NCBI GenBank assembly: GCA_027923505.1
Contig: BROI01000038.1
Coordinates: forward strand, 124,001 to 188,000
Direction of reading: 5' to 3'
Length of the DNA stretch: 64,000 nt
Source: Mayamaea pseudoterrestris
Taxonomy: Eukaryota
Shown here one piece after another: positions 21,401-32,508 of this stretch (its first letter is position 1; the number at the start of each line of letters is the position of its first letter). A model generated the notes under the pieces. The model was not told the origin of the DNA. It saw nothing but the letters and a program-made list of their open reading frames with translations, and searched no databases. The translations under genes were made by a program, and so were the position numbers.

Positions 21401-24400
21401 GGGCCTGCTGTAGGGGCGTTTGAATGTCACGGCATCTGTGGGCTGAGACTGGTGACAAGTTGTCACCAAATACATTGCCATCTTCTGAGATACCAGCCAA
21501 GCTTACCATCTTGTAGCGCAGCCTGAATGATAATGTTGGCACCATTCTAGTGTTATTTGGGTATATAAATGGCCTGCTGTAGGGGCGGTTGAATGTCACA
21601 GCATCTGCAGGCTGAGACTAGTGACAAGTTGTCACCAAAAACATTGCCATCCCCTGAGACACCAGCCAAGCTTGTCATCTTGTAGCGCAGCCTGACTAAT
21701 GATGTTGGCATTATTCCTGGTGTAATTTGGGCACCTACAGGGCCTGTTGCAGGGGCGCTTGAATGTCACGGCATCTGCGGGCTGAGACTGGTGACAAGTT
21801 GTCACCAAATACATTGCCATCCCCTGAGACACCAGCCAAGCCTATCATCTTGTAGCGCAGCCGGAATAAGGATGTTGGCACCATTCTGGTGTATTTTGGG
21901 CACCTACAGGGTGTGCTGTAGGGGCTTTTGAATGTCACAGCATCTGCAGGCTGAGACTGGTGACAAGTTGTCACCAAATAAGTTGCCATCCCCTGAGACA
22001 CCAGCCAAGCTTATCATTTTATAGCGCAGCCTGAATAATGATGTTGGCACCATTCTTGTGTAAATTGGGCACCTACAGGACTTGCTGTAGGTGTGTTTGA
22101 ATGTCACGGCATCTGTGGGCTGAGACTGGTGACAAGTTGTCACCAAATACATTGCCATCCCCTGAGACACCAGCCAAGCCTACCATCTTGTAGCGCAGCC
22201 TAAACAATGATGTTGGCACCATTCTGGTGTAATTTGGGCACCTACAGGGCCTGCTGTAGGGGCGTTTGAATGTCACAGCATCTGAGGGCTGAGACTGGTG
22301 ACAAGTTGTCACCAAATACATTGCCATCTCCTGAGACACCAGCCAAGCCTACCATCTTGTAGCGCAGCCTGAACAATTTTGTTGGCACCATTCTGGTGTA
22401 ATTTGGGCACCTACAGGGCCTGCTGTAGGTGTGTCTGAATGTCATGGCATCTGTGGGCTGAGATTGGTGACAAGCTGTCACCAAATACATTGCCATCCCC
22501 TAAGACACCAGCCAAGCCTACCATCTTGTAGCGCAGCCTGAATAATGATGTTGGCACCACTCTGGTGTATTTTGGGCACCTACAGGGCCTGCTGTAGGGG
22601 CGTTTGAATGTCACGGCATCTGTGGGCTGAGACTGGTGACAAGTTGTCACCAAATACATTGCCATCTTCTGAGACACCAGCCAAGCTTACCATCTTGTAG
22701 CGCAGCTTGAATGATGATGTTGGCACCATTCTAGTGTTATTTGGGCATATAAATGGCCTGCTGTAGGGGCGGTTGAATGTCATGGCATCTGCAGGCTGAG
22801 ACTGGTGACAAGTTGTCACCAAATACATTGCCATCCCCTGAGACACCAGCCAAGCCTACCATCTTGTAGCGCAGCCTGAATAAGGATGTGTGCACCATTC
22901 TGGTGTAATTTGGGTGTATACTTGGCCTGCTCTAGGGGGTGCTTGAATGTCACGGCATCTGCGGGCTGAGACTGGTGACAAGTTGTCACCAAATACATTG
23001 CCATCCCCTGAGAAACAAGTCAAGCCTACCATCTTGTAGCGCAGCCTGAATAAGGATGTGTGCACCATTCTGGTGTAAAATGGGTGTATACTTGGCCTGC
23101 GCTAGGGGCGCTTGAATGTCACGGCATCTGCGGGCTGAGACTGGTCACAAGTTGTCACCAAAAACATTGCCATCCCCTGAGACACCAGTTAAGCCTACCA
23201 TCTTGTAGCGCAGCCTGAATAAAGATGTGTGCACCATTCTGGTGTAATATGGGTGCATACTTGGCCTGCGCTAGGGGGTGCTTGAATGTCACGGCATCTG
23301 CGGGCTGAGACTGGTGACAAGTTGTCACCAAATACATTGCCATCCCCTGAGACAGCAGTAAGGCATACCAACTTGTAGCGCAGCCTGAACAATGATGTTG
23401 GCGCCATTCTGGTGTAATTTGGGCACCTACAGGGCCTGCTGTAGGGGCGTTTGAATGTCACAGCATCTGCGGGCTGAGACTGGTGACAAGTTGTCACCAA
23501 ATACATTGCCATCCCCTGAGACACCAGCCAAGCCTATCATCTTGTAGCACTGCCTCAAAAATGATGTTGGCACCATTCTGCTGTAATTTGGGCACCTACA
23601 GGGCCTGCTGTAGGGGCGTTTGAATGTCACAGCATCTGCGGGCTGAGACTGGTGACAAGTTGTCACCAGTCACATTGCCAACCCCTGAGACACCAGCCAA
23701 GCCTATCATCTTGTAGCGCTGCCTCAAAAATGATGTTGGCACCATTCTGGTGTAATTTGGGCACCTAAAGGGCCTGCTGTAGGGGCGTTTGAATGTCACA
23801 GCATCTGCGGGCTGAGACTGGTGGCAAGTTGTCACCAAATACATTGCCATCCTCTGAGACACCAGCCAAGCTTATCATCTTGTAGCGCAGCCTGACTTAT
23901 GATGTTGGCACCATTCTAGTGTTATTTGGGTATATAAATGGCCTGCTGTAGGTGTGTTTGAATGTCACGGCATCTTTGGGCTGAGACTGGTGACAAGTTG
24001 TCACCAAATACATTGCCATCCTCTGAGACACCAGCCAAGCTTATCATCTTGTAGCGCAGCCTGACATATGATGTTGGCACCACTCTGGTGTATTTTGTGC
24101 ACCTACAGGGCCTGCTGTAGGTGTGTTTGAATGTCATGGCATCTGCGGGCTGAGACTGGTGACAAGTTGTCACCAAATACATTACCATCCCCTGAGACAC
24201 CAGCCAAGCTTATCATTTTATAGCGCAGCCTGAATAATGATGTTGGCACCATTCTTGTGTAAATTGGGCACCTACAGGACTTGCTGTAGGTGTGTTTGAA
24301 TGTCACGGCATCTTTGGGCTGAGACTGGTGACAAGTTGTCACCAGTCACATTGCCAACCCCTGAGACACCAGCCAGGCCTACCATCTTGTAGCGCAGCCT

Positions 24401-27020
24401 GACTAATGATGTTGGCATTATTCCTGGTGTAATTTGGGCACCTACAGGGCCTGCTGCAGGGGCGCTTGAATGTCACGGCATCTGCGGGCTGAGACTGGTG
24501 ACAAGTTGTCACCAAATACATTGCCATCCCCTGAGACACCAGCCAAGCCTATCATCTTGTAGCGCAGCCGGAATAAGGATGTTGGCACCATTCTGGTGTA
24601 TTTTGGGCACCTACAGGGCCTGCTGTAGGGGCTTTTGAATGTCACAGCATCTGCAGGCTGAGACTGGTGACAAGTTGTCACTAAATAAATTGCCATCCCC
24701 TGAGACACCAGCCAAGCTTATCATTTTATAGCGCAGCCTGAACAATGATGTTGGCACCATTCTTGTGTAAATTGGGCACCTACAGGACTTGCTGTAGGTG
24801 TGTTTGAATGTCACGGCATCTGTGGGCTGAGACTGGTGACAAGTTGTCACCAAATACATTGCCACCCCTTAGACACCAGCCAAGCCTACCATCTTGTAGC
24901 GCAGCCTGAACGATGATGTTGGCACCATTCTGGTGTAATTTGGGCACCTACAGGGCCTGCTGTAGGGGCATTTGAATGTCACAGCATCTGAGGGCTGAAA
25001 CTGGTGACAAGTTGTCACCAAATACATTGCCATCTCCTGAGACACCAGCCAAGCCTACCATCTTGTAGCGCAGCCTGAACAATATTGTTGGCACCATTCT
25101 GGTGTAATTTGGGCACCTACAGGGCCTGCTGTAGGTGTGTCTGAATGTCATGGCATCTGTGGGCTGAGATTGGTGACAAGCTGTCACCAAATACATTGCC
25201 ATCCCCTAAGACACCAGCCAAGCCTACCATCTTGTAGCGCAGCCTGAATAATGATGTTGGCGCCATTATGGTGTATTTTGGGCACCTACAGGCCTGCTGT
25301 AGGGGCGTTTGAATGTCACGGCATCTGTGGGCTGAGACTGGTGACAAGTTGTCACCAAATACATTGCCATCTTCTGAGACACCAGCCAAGCTTACCATCT
25401 TGTAGCGCAGCTTGAATGATGATGTTGGCACCATTCTAGTGTTATTTGGGCATATAAATGGCCTGCTGTAGGGGCGGTTGAATGTCATGGCATCTGCAGG
25501 CTGAGACTGGTGACAAGTTGTCACCAAATACATTGCCATCCCCTGAGACACCAGCCAAGCCTACCATCTTGTAGCGCAGCCTGAATAAGGATGTGTGCAT
25601 CATTCTGGTGTAAAATGGGTGTATACTTGGCCTGCGCTAGGGGCGCTTAAATGTCACGGCATCTGCGGGCCGAGACTGGTGACAAGTTGTCACCAAATAC
25701 ATTGCCATCCCCTGAGACACAAGTTAAACCTACCATCTTGTAGCGCAGCCTGAATAAGGATGTGTGCACCATTCTGGTGTAAAATGGGTGTATACTTGGC
25801 CTGCGCTAGGGGCGCTTGAATGTCACGGCATCTGCGGGCTGAGACTGGTGACAAGTTGTCACCAAATACATTGCCATCCCCTGAGACACCAGTTAAGCCT
25901 ACCATCTTGTAGCGCAGCCTGAATAAGGATGTGTGCACCATTCTGGTGTAATTTGGGTGTATACTTGGCCTGCGCTAGGGGGTGCTTGAATGTCACGGCA
26001 TCTGCGGGCTGAGACTGGTGACAAGTTGTCACCAAATACATTGCCATCCCCTGAGACAGCAGCCAGGCATACCAACTTGTAGCGCAGCCTGAACAATGAT
26101 GTTGGCGCCATTCTGGTGTAATTTGGGCACCTACAGGGCCTGCTGTAGGGGCGTTTGAATGTCACAGCATCTGCGGGCTGAGACTGGTGACAAGTTGTCA
26201 CCAAATACATTGCCATCCCCTGAGACACCAGCCAAGCCTACCATCTTGTAGCGCAGCCTGAAAAATGATGTTGGCACCATTCTGGTGTAATTTGGGCACC
26301 TACAGGGCCTGCTGTAGGGGCGTTTGAACGTCACAGCATCTGCGGGCTGAGACTGGTGGCAAGTTGTCACCAAATACATTGCCATCCTCTGAGACACCAG
26401 CCAAGCTTATCATCTTGTAGCGCAGCCTGACTTATGATGTTGGCACCACTCTGGTGTATTTTGTGCACCTACAGGGCCTGCTGTAGGTGTGTTTGAATGT
26501 CATGGCATCTGCGGGCTGAGACTGGTGACAAGTTGTCACCAAATACATTACCATCCCCTGAGACACCAGCCAAGCTTATCATTTTATAGCTCAGCCTGAA
26601 TAATGATGTTGGCACCATTCTTGTGTAAATTGGGCACCTACAGGACTTGCTGTAGGTGTGTTTGAATGTCACGGCATCTTTGGGCTGAGACTGGTGACAA
26701 GTTGTCACCAGTCACATTGCCAACCCCTGAGACACCAGCCAGGCCTACCATCTTGTAGCGCAGCCTGAATAAGGATGTTGGCACTTTTCTGGTGTGATTT
26801 GGGTGTATACTTGGCGTGTTATATGGGCAATGGAAGGACAAGGCATCTGTGGTCCGAGACTGGTGACAACTTGTCATCAATCACATTGCAGACTACAAGG
26901 ACACCTGCCAGACATACCATCTTGTAGCGCAGCCTGAAAAATGATGTTGGCGCCATTTTTGGTGTGATTTGGGTGCGTACATGGCATGGCCTATGGGCAA
27001 ATGAATGTCAAGGCGTAACG
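15444..27020. repeat. 169-bp tandem satellite array, about 68 units
   Basis: Unit caccaaatacattgccatcccctgagacaccagccaagcctaccatcttgtagcgcagcctgaa...gctgagactggtgacaagttgt repeats head to tail; the repeated shadow ORFs are offset by 169 nt (e.g. 21735/21904/22073/22242/22411/22580). Confidence 0.98.
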
Positions 27021-27160
27021 CACCGGTTATACCTGTAGAGTCACAGCGGTTATGCAGGAAACTGCGCCACCGCGCTCTCGCCCTGATCGCATTCATCGAT
27101 TCGGCAGCGACGAACATCCATACGCTTTGATCCAGCATCATAAATAACTCCAAAAGGTCA

Positions 27161-28093
27161 ATGAAGATAGCTTGTTTCATTTCATTTCTCATCATGTCGA
27201 CAACTCAAGCGTTTGTGACGCCGATGGCTCGACAGCAACTCGCATACACTTTACCACAGACGCAGCAAAATCCACCATTATCGTCGTCCGCGTCATCGCC
27301 GGAAGCATTTGTCAATGAAGACTTTGTTGATACCAAGGATGAACAAGTTGCAATAAAAGCCATATTATTTGACATTGATGGAACACTAGCAGATTCATGG
27401 AAGCTTTGCTTTGACGCAACCCAAGTTGTTTTAAACCGCAACAACGTGCCGTCCATTACCGAAGAAATATACCACCAAGGAACTCGATACTCGACACCAG
27501 AGCGACTGGCTCGACATGCCGGCTATGAGCCTGGACATGCTGACTTTGAGCGCATTGGCAATCAACTTGGAGGAGAATTCGACGAATTTTACGTCAGTTT
27601 AGTTTCGCTTGAAACGGCAAGATTCTATCCTGGCATTTTAGACATGCTGCAGAGACTACCATCGCATGTCAAGCTGGGAGCACTGACCAATGCGGCTGTC
27701 AAGTATGCGGATGCAGTGTTAAAGTGCAATTGTCCAGTGCATGCTCAGATGCAAGAAACTGGAAGGGCAAAGGTGCAAGTTGCAACTGCCACGATTGCTG
27801 CAGCAATCTTTTCTCGGTTTGGTTCCATTCATGGTGCCGACTCGGTTCCGAAACCGAAACCTGCACCGGATGGACTATGGATGGTCTGCAGAGATTTGGA
27901 GGTTGATCCAAAGCACTGCGTCTATGTGGGCGACAGTCCGACTGATGGCATGGCCGCCAAGAGCGCTGGGATGAAAGCAGTTGGAGTCACCTGGGGATCG
28001 CACAAGCAAGCAACCATGCAAGCTTCCTTTGATCACCTTTGTCAAGATGTGAATGAACTGGAAGATTACTTGCATGAGCTATTGCGAACATAG
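27161..28093 (+). CDS. HAD-family hydrolase (phosphoglycolate phosphatase-like), probably plastid-targeted
   Basis: Motif I FDIDGTLADS, motif II LTN, KPKPAPD, motif IV YVGDSPTD; N-terminal signal peptide ending TQA-F. Confidence 0.9.
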   Translation: MKIACFISFLIMSTTQAFVTPMARQQLAYTLPQTQQNPPLSSSASSPEAFVNEDFVDTKDEQVAIKAILFDIDGTLADSWKLCFDATQVVLNRNNVPSITEEIYHQGTRYSTPERLARHAGYEPGHADFERIGNQLGGEFDEFYVSLVSLETARFYPGILDMLQRLPSHVKLGALTNAAVKYADAVLKCNCPVHAQMQETGRAKVQVATATIAAAIFSRFGSIHGADSVPKPKPAPDGLWMVCRDLEVDPKHCVYVGDSPTDGMAAKSAGMKAVGVTWGSHKQATMQASFDHLCQDVNELEDYLHELLRT

Positions 28094-28440
28094 TTATCTC
28101 AAAATGACGTGTACTACAAAGCCGTAACAACAATCAGAAGCTTGCATCCTCATCATTAGTTACAACAAGTCTGTACACCTCTGTAGATCAATGATTGGTT
28201 ATAAGATAGAAAACATCGGAAGTTTTTGATATTTAAGCTGCCTGCAGATCAAGCTGCCGAAAACTCATTGACGTTGCCGTAGATTCTATTGGTGTCGCTT
28301 CAATGTCTTTTCATTGGCACTGAAACGTCATTTTCGTCGTCGGAAATCGGAAGGAACCTTGCCACTCATCACTATTTGCGCTGCTTGCTTCTCCCTTATA
28401 ATCATCAGCAACCTTTACTTGCAGATAAGACAAACTCATT

Positions 28441-29697
28441 ATGCAGCAAACTAATCGAAATGCCATTCTTCTACTATGTTTTTGGCTTTCCTACGGATTC
28501 ACAGCCGCCGTTATAACGCCCGGCCACCATTTAGACCGAGTGCACGATTCAACTAGCAGCAGCAAAAGCACGACCAAGCGACACGCGGAAGGCAGCCGAG
28601 GTAGAACAAGCAACGAAAAGAGCCAAAGAAAGCCGTGGTCGTCCATGCTCACGGTCGATCCAGCTAAAATACTGTCGCATTTGGTGAATCGAGGTGGACT
28701 GGTATTGCCTCGCGATGCTGCCAAGCAGTTTGAGGTAGCTCGCCAATGCATGGCAGTGGACCAAGCTGAGCTCAATGTCTTATCAAGGGAATTGAATCTT
28801 TACAATTTTACTATTGGACTCGACTCGACTCTTCCGGCGTTACGAGTGGCAAAGGCTCAAGTCAAGTGGGATTCGTACCTTCGACCGACCCTTGACATTT
28901 TGGTGGAAGACGTCAGCGTTCAAGTAGAGTTTACGAATCTCTTGCTGACGGAAAACAACTGGAACGATATTCGAGCAGCGGGATTTCCGCCTAGCGTACT
29001 TATGGATCGTGACGGGGCTGAAAAGAGTAGTAGCAGCAGCAAGCCACCGAAAGCAGCACCAAACGAGCATTTGGACGATGCAGCCTTTGTTCGCTTCCAC
29101 AATATTGATTTGAAAGGAACCTGTACAGTTCGTGTGACAAGTCGACCACTTGGAAACAAGGAAATTGGAACCATGACGCTTGATTTTAAAGAGTTGCGTG
29201 GATTATCGAAGGAAATACAAGCACTCAGTGATCGCAATCTGCAACGAATCGGACGGGCTGGATGCTCACCTGACGAACTGAGTCGAGTCATTCAGCAGTT
29301 CTTTGATCGAAAGATACGGCTATTCATACAAAGGCGAGTGGAAGAGCTTAGCAAAGATCCAAAGGCTGCGCTACGACAGGCCGAGGATGTGGTGATTCGA
29401 GCCGGCGATAGTGTCGTCGGATACGTCAAGGATGCTGGTCTACTGAAAAGCAATGAACTACAGCAAGCAGCGACGGAACGATTGAAACATTGGGGCATTC
29501 CAAACCCAACGACGGCCTTTGCAGCCATCAAGGAGCGAGCTTTGTATGGCGTACAAAAGATTAACGTGACGGCTGTACGAGATCATGTCAATAAGGAAGC
29601 GGCGAGTGTAATAGAAAGCCTTGATCAAATGCGGGACAGTCTCAAGAATCTGGATCAACGAGAGGATGAGACAGAGTTTGTCTTTGCAGATTGGTAG
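28441..29697 (+). CDS. Hypothetical protein with N-terminal signal peptide
   Basis: 418-aa ORF with ATG, hydrophobic leader AILLLCFWLSYG, beta-rich middle and helical C-terminus; no family recognised with confidence. Confidence 0.7.
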   Translation: MQQTNRNAILLLCFWLSYGFTAAVITPGHHLDRVHDSTSSSKSTTKRHAEGSRGRTSNEKSQRKPWSSMLTVDPAKILSHLVNRGGLVLPRDAAKQFEVARQCMAVDQAELNVLSRELNLYNFTIGLDSTLPALRVAKAQVKWDSYLRPTLDILVEDVSVQVEFTNLLLTENNWNDIRAAGFPPSVLMDRDGAEKSSSSSKPPKAAPNEHLDDAAFVRFHNIDLKGTCTVRVTSRPLGNKEIGTMTLDFKELRGLSKEIQALSDRNLQRIGRAGCSPDELSRVIQQFFDRKIRLFIQRRVEELSKDPKAALRQAEDVVIRAGDSVVGYVKDAGLLKSNELQQAATERLKHWGIPNPTTAFAAIKERALYGVQKINVTAVRDHVNKEAASVIESLDQMRDSLKNLDQREDETEFVFADW

Positions 29698-29728
29698 ATG
29701 AATTATGAATGTGTTACATAGACGTTTT

Positions 29729-30190
29729 TTACTTTTTCTTTAGCCCAGCGTCCAAAAGTAGGTCGAGATCGGCTTCCTTCTTGCTCTTTGGTTTTGGTTT
29801 CGGAGGTCCAGATTCGGTTGCAGCAGGCTTGTTCAAACCTTTAGGGTCGTTCGGATCAAAGTCTGCCAACGAATCAAAGCAAGCGACGGGGTCCAAGCCT
29901 GCATGCTTGGCGACAACATGTTCGTATAAAAGTGGTGGACGCGCATTGGCCATGAAGGTCTGTAAACATATCTTGCATTTGAACGCCTCCGCATCTTTTC
30001 TGTCATTGAAGCAGGAGATCAAGTAATGGAACGAGTCAGAAAGAGAAGAGTAATTGGTAGCAATGCTAGCAATAATTACGTACAGGCTCTTGTCTCGCGC
30101 GGCTTTTCGTTCTTCGTCTGTTTTTCCCTTGTTGGCGGCATTTCTCTCCTGCGCCTGCTTCTTCTTTTGTACATTCGATCCTTTGCCCAT
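29729..30190 (-). CDS. Small C2H2 zinc-finger protein (ZNF706/At2g23090-like), 84-nt intron 30083-30000
   Basis: MGKGSNVQKK...ERNA N-terminus and FKCKICLQTFM...LYEHVVAKH finger; removing GTACGT...ACAG gives DKSLKDAEAFKC. Confidence 0.85.
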   Translation of the reverse strand: MGKGSNVQKKKQAQERNAANKGKTDEERKAARDKSLYVIIASIATNYSSLSDSFHYLISCFNDRKDAEAFKCKICLQTFMANARPPLLYEHVVAKHAGLDPVACFDSLADFDPNDPKGLNKPAATESGPPKPKPKSKKEADLDLLLDAGLKKK

Positions 30191-30428
30191 TGTTAATGTC
30201 TGTGCATATACTGCTGCTTGGCCTGCTACTTAGTATGGAGGCGTCTCGGCGGCGTTTTCTATGCAAGTTCCTCCATGGTCGAGGTTCGGATGGTTCTGAC
30301 GAGTGGTTACGTCATCCCAGAAAGTCGATCCGGTATTCAGTTCGCCGCGCGCCTGCATGGTAGCCGTTGCGACATTTGAAACCGTTGCCATCGGCAGTTC
30401 ATGGCGTCGGCCTTTCGCGCAAACGACC

Positions 30429-32351
30429 ATGATGATGGAGAGCGACCGCAAGCGCCTGTCAACCCCAGTCGTCAAGTTTATGACGACCGGCATGATGTCT
30501 CCGTCTCCAGATACTAGGAGCAAGAGCTTTGGTCACAATTATAACTCAGCGACGCGAACGAACCATCAGATGCAGCAGAGGCAACTTCATCACCGCCAGA
30601 CAACGAATTTTGGCTCGACAATTCATGATAGTGGCGGCAGCCAAAACGTAGGCAGCATGACTCCACTTTTGACTCCGAACCGCAAGGAAGGCCATGCCTC
30701 TGACTGTCAATCGCCAACGCTGGCCTCAAAGCTGACGCAGCTTGCTTCGAGTACTGCGGAACAACTGGAAATGATTTGGGATGACATTGGATATGATCCT
30801 CAAGAGCGCGCCGATCAGCTTTCCGCTTTGCTCTTCAGGATGGAAGAAATTTGCAAGGCAAAGCTGGCGGAAGAAAATGGAGTCGCGGAACAATTTCGAA
30901 AGACCATTGCTGATACAAAGAAGAATATGCGAGTGACTTGCGCGGCTTTGAAGCAGCAACCAGACGCACGCTTGCTTCGAGACAATGACGGAACAGTCAC
31001 CCTGACGGAAGAGCTTCAGGCGCTGGAGGACGCAATGCGGAATATTCAAGAAGTGGCAAGCGCTGCGAAGGAAGATCTTTTAAACTCTCGCGACTATTTA
31101 ATCGAGGCGCATGAAGCGTTGGAGCTGGAAATGGATCCAAAGTGGCGAGACATTGAGTCGGATTTGACGCAATTGCGACGAGAGGCTTTCCACGCGAAGA
31201 TGAAGGAAATGAAGGAGGAGCTAGCGACTCGAAGCGCTGCTGTCATCCAACTCGTTCGTGACTGTCAGCACTTGATGAATTCCATTGCTGTCGATGCCGA
31301 GAATGGGACGGAGCTCGACAAGCGAATCATGGGGTCCGTCATCCGCTCCAAGGATGGAAGTTTCATCATGGCTTCCAAATTTAGAACAAGTACATGCGTT
31401 GGTATTAGTGCAAAGGCTCTGGACGAGCTGACAAAGCGAGTGGCCGAACTTGATGCGGAAAAGCGTCGTCGCAAGCGAGTGCTGCAAGAATTGGGTTCCG
31501 AGATTGGCGCGCTCTGGGACAAGTTGAACATTCCGCATGAAGAGCAGAAGGCATTCACAACGAGTGTCGACGGACTGGGAATGATTACAATTGAGCGTGG
31601 CGAAGCAGAATTGAGACGGCTAAAGAAAATCAAGTCTAACATGCTCGACAAACTCATTTTGGATGCTCGATCCACCATTCAATCGCTGTGGGAAGAGACC
31701 AACACTCCAAATGAGCAGCGCCGCTCTTTTGAAGCTTTTCGAGTGTCGGAAAGCATGTTTAGTGACGAGCTACTTGACGAACATGAAGAGTATCTTGCAA
31801 TACTGCAGGCTCGCCTGGAGGAAATGAAACCAATTGTTCGGCTCATTGAACGTCGCGAGGAAATCCTTGACGAACGGATGGAGTACGAAGAGCTTCAAAA
31901 GGATTCAGAACGTTTGCAACAGAGAGGAGCTTCCATGACGAACCAGCTCATGAAGGAAGAAAAGATGGCTCGACGCATCAAGAAGGAGCTTCCCAAATTG
32001 ACCGAGTCGTTGCTGTACCAACTGGCCGAGTGGAAGGCCAAGCACAATGAAGAGTTCCAGTACTTTGGTAGAGTCTACTTGGATGTCATGGATGAGCAGG
32101 AGGAGGAATGGCAAGAGTACAAGGCGAATGAGTTTCAGCGCAAGCAAATGAAGAAGAAGGAAGAAATGGCAATGGCGGCCGAGAATCGTTTCCAACCTTT
32201 TGGGCACTTGAAAAAGGGTGCATCGCGGCCGCTAGGTGACGCTCGACCCAAGGAGAACTCTCGCGGCGGTGTCGCTCGCACCAAGTCGGGCTTGGGCAAG
32301 GTCTCGAATCTGCGCGAGGGCAATCGCCAACGCTCCGACACAATGACGTAG
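30429..32351 (+). CDS. Microtubule-bundling protein, MAP65/Ase1/PRC1 family
   Basis: LEMIWDDIG, LWDKLNIP, coiled coils and the signature DSERLQQRG...LMKEEKMARRIKKELPKL...WKAKHNEEFQYFG; first ATG at 30429. Confidence 0.9.
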   Translation: MMMESDRKRLSTPVVKFMTTGMMSPSPDTRSKSFGHNYNSATRTNHQMQQRQLHHRQTTNFGSTIHDSGGSQNVGSMTPLLTPNRKEGHASDCQSPTLASKLTQLASSTAEQLEMIWDDIGYDPQERADQLSALLFRMEEICKAKLAEENGVAEQFRKTIADTKKNMRVTCAALKQQPDARLLRDNDGTVTLTEELQALEDAMRNIQEVASAAKEDLLNSRDYLIEAHEALELEMDPKWRDIESDLTQLRREAFHAKMKEMKEELATRSAAVIQLVRDCQHLMNSIAVDAENGTELDKRIMGSVIRSKDGSFIMASKFRTSTCVGISAKALDELTKRVAELDAEKRRRKRVLQELGSEIGALWDKLNIPHEEQKAFTTSVDGLGMITIERGEAELRRLKKIKSNMLDKLILDARSTIQSLWEETNTPNEQRRSFEAFRVSESMFSDELLDEHEEYLAILQARLEEMKPIVRLIERREEILDERMEYEELQKDSERLQQRGASMTNQLMKEEKMARRIKKELPKLTESLLYQLAEWKAKHNEEFQYFGRVYLDVMDEQEEEWQEYKANEFQRKQMKKKEEMAMAAENRFQPFGHLKKGASRPLGDARPKENSRGGVARTKSGLGKVSNLREGNRQRSDTMT

Positions 32352-32508
32352 TATCGGTGCTGCCAAAATTACTCCATAGATGGCTTTTATATACTCTTCC
32401 GTAGCTGGCTTTGTATTACTTAGTTACACTGTAACCAAAACTACCATTTTATATAAACACGCGAGCGTTTGTAAAACAACACATCGTTTTTCCTGCATAA
32501 TTCCAAGA

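Larger units (their letters stand above)
7350..27020. mobile_element. Putative non-autonomous foldback/TIR-type element with an expanded subterminal satellite and a nested LTR retrotransposon
   Basis: Long imperfect inverted termini enclose all repeat content and gene-dense DNA resumes on both sides. No transposase seen and no clear target-site duplication. Confidence 0.55.

Noticed and set aside
15444..27020. CRISPR array suggested by a regularly spaced palindrome
   Set aside because: The sequence between palindromes is itself repeated rather than unique spacers, the period is 169 bp, no cas genes are present and the context is eukaryotic.
7349..27055. agcggttatgc at 7349 and 27045 (and cggttat at 27024) as a target-site duplication
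   Set aside because: The left copy overlaps the inverted terminus and the right copy is about 25 bp beyond it, so the geometry does not fit cleanly; left unresolved.
15368..27195. Dozens of 60-140 aa ORFs (MSQGMAMYLVTTCHQ...) as a peptide gene family
   Set aside because: They are shadows of a 169-nt unit that shifts frame each copy; indels and stops are tolerated freely.
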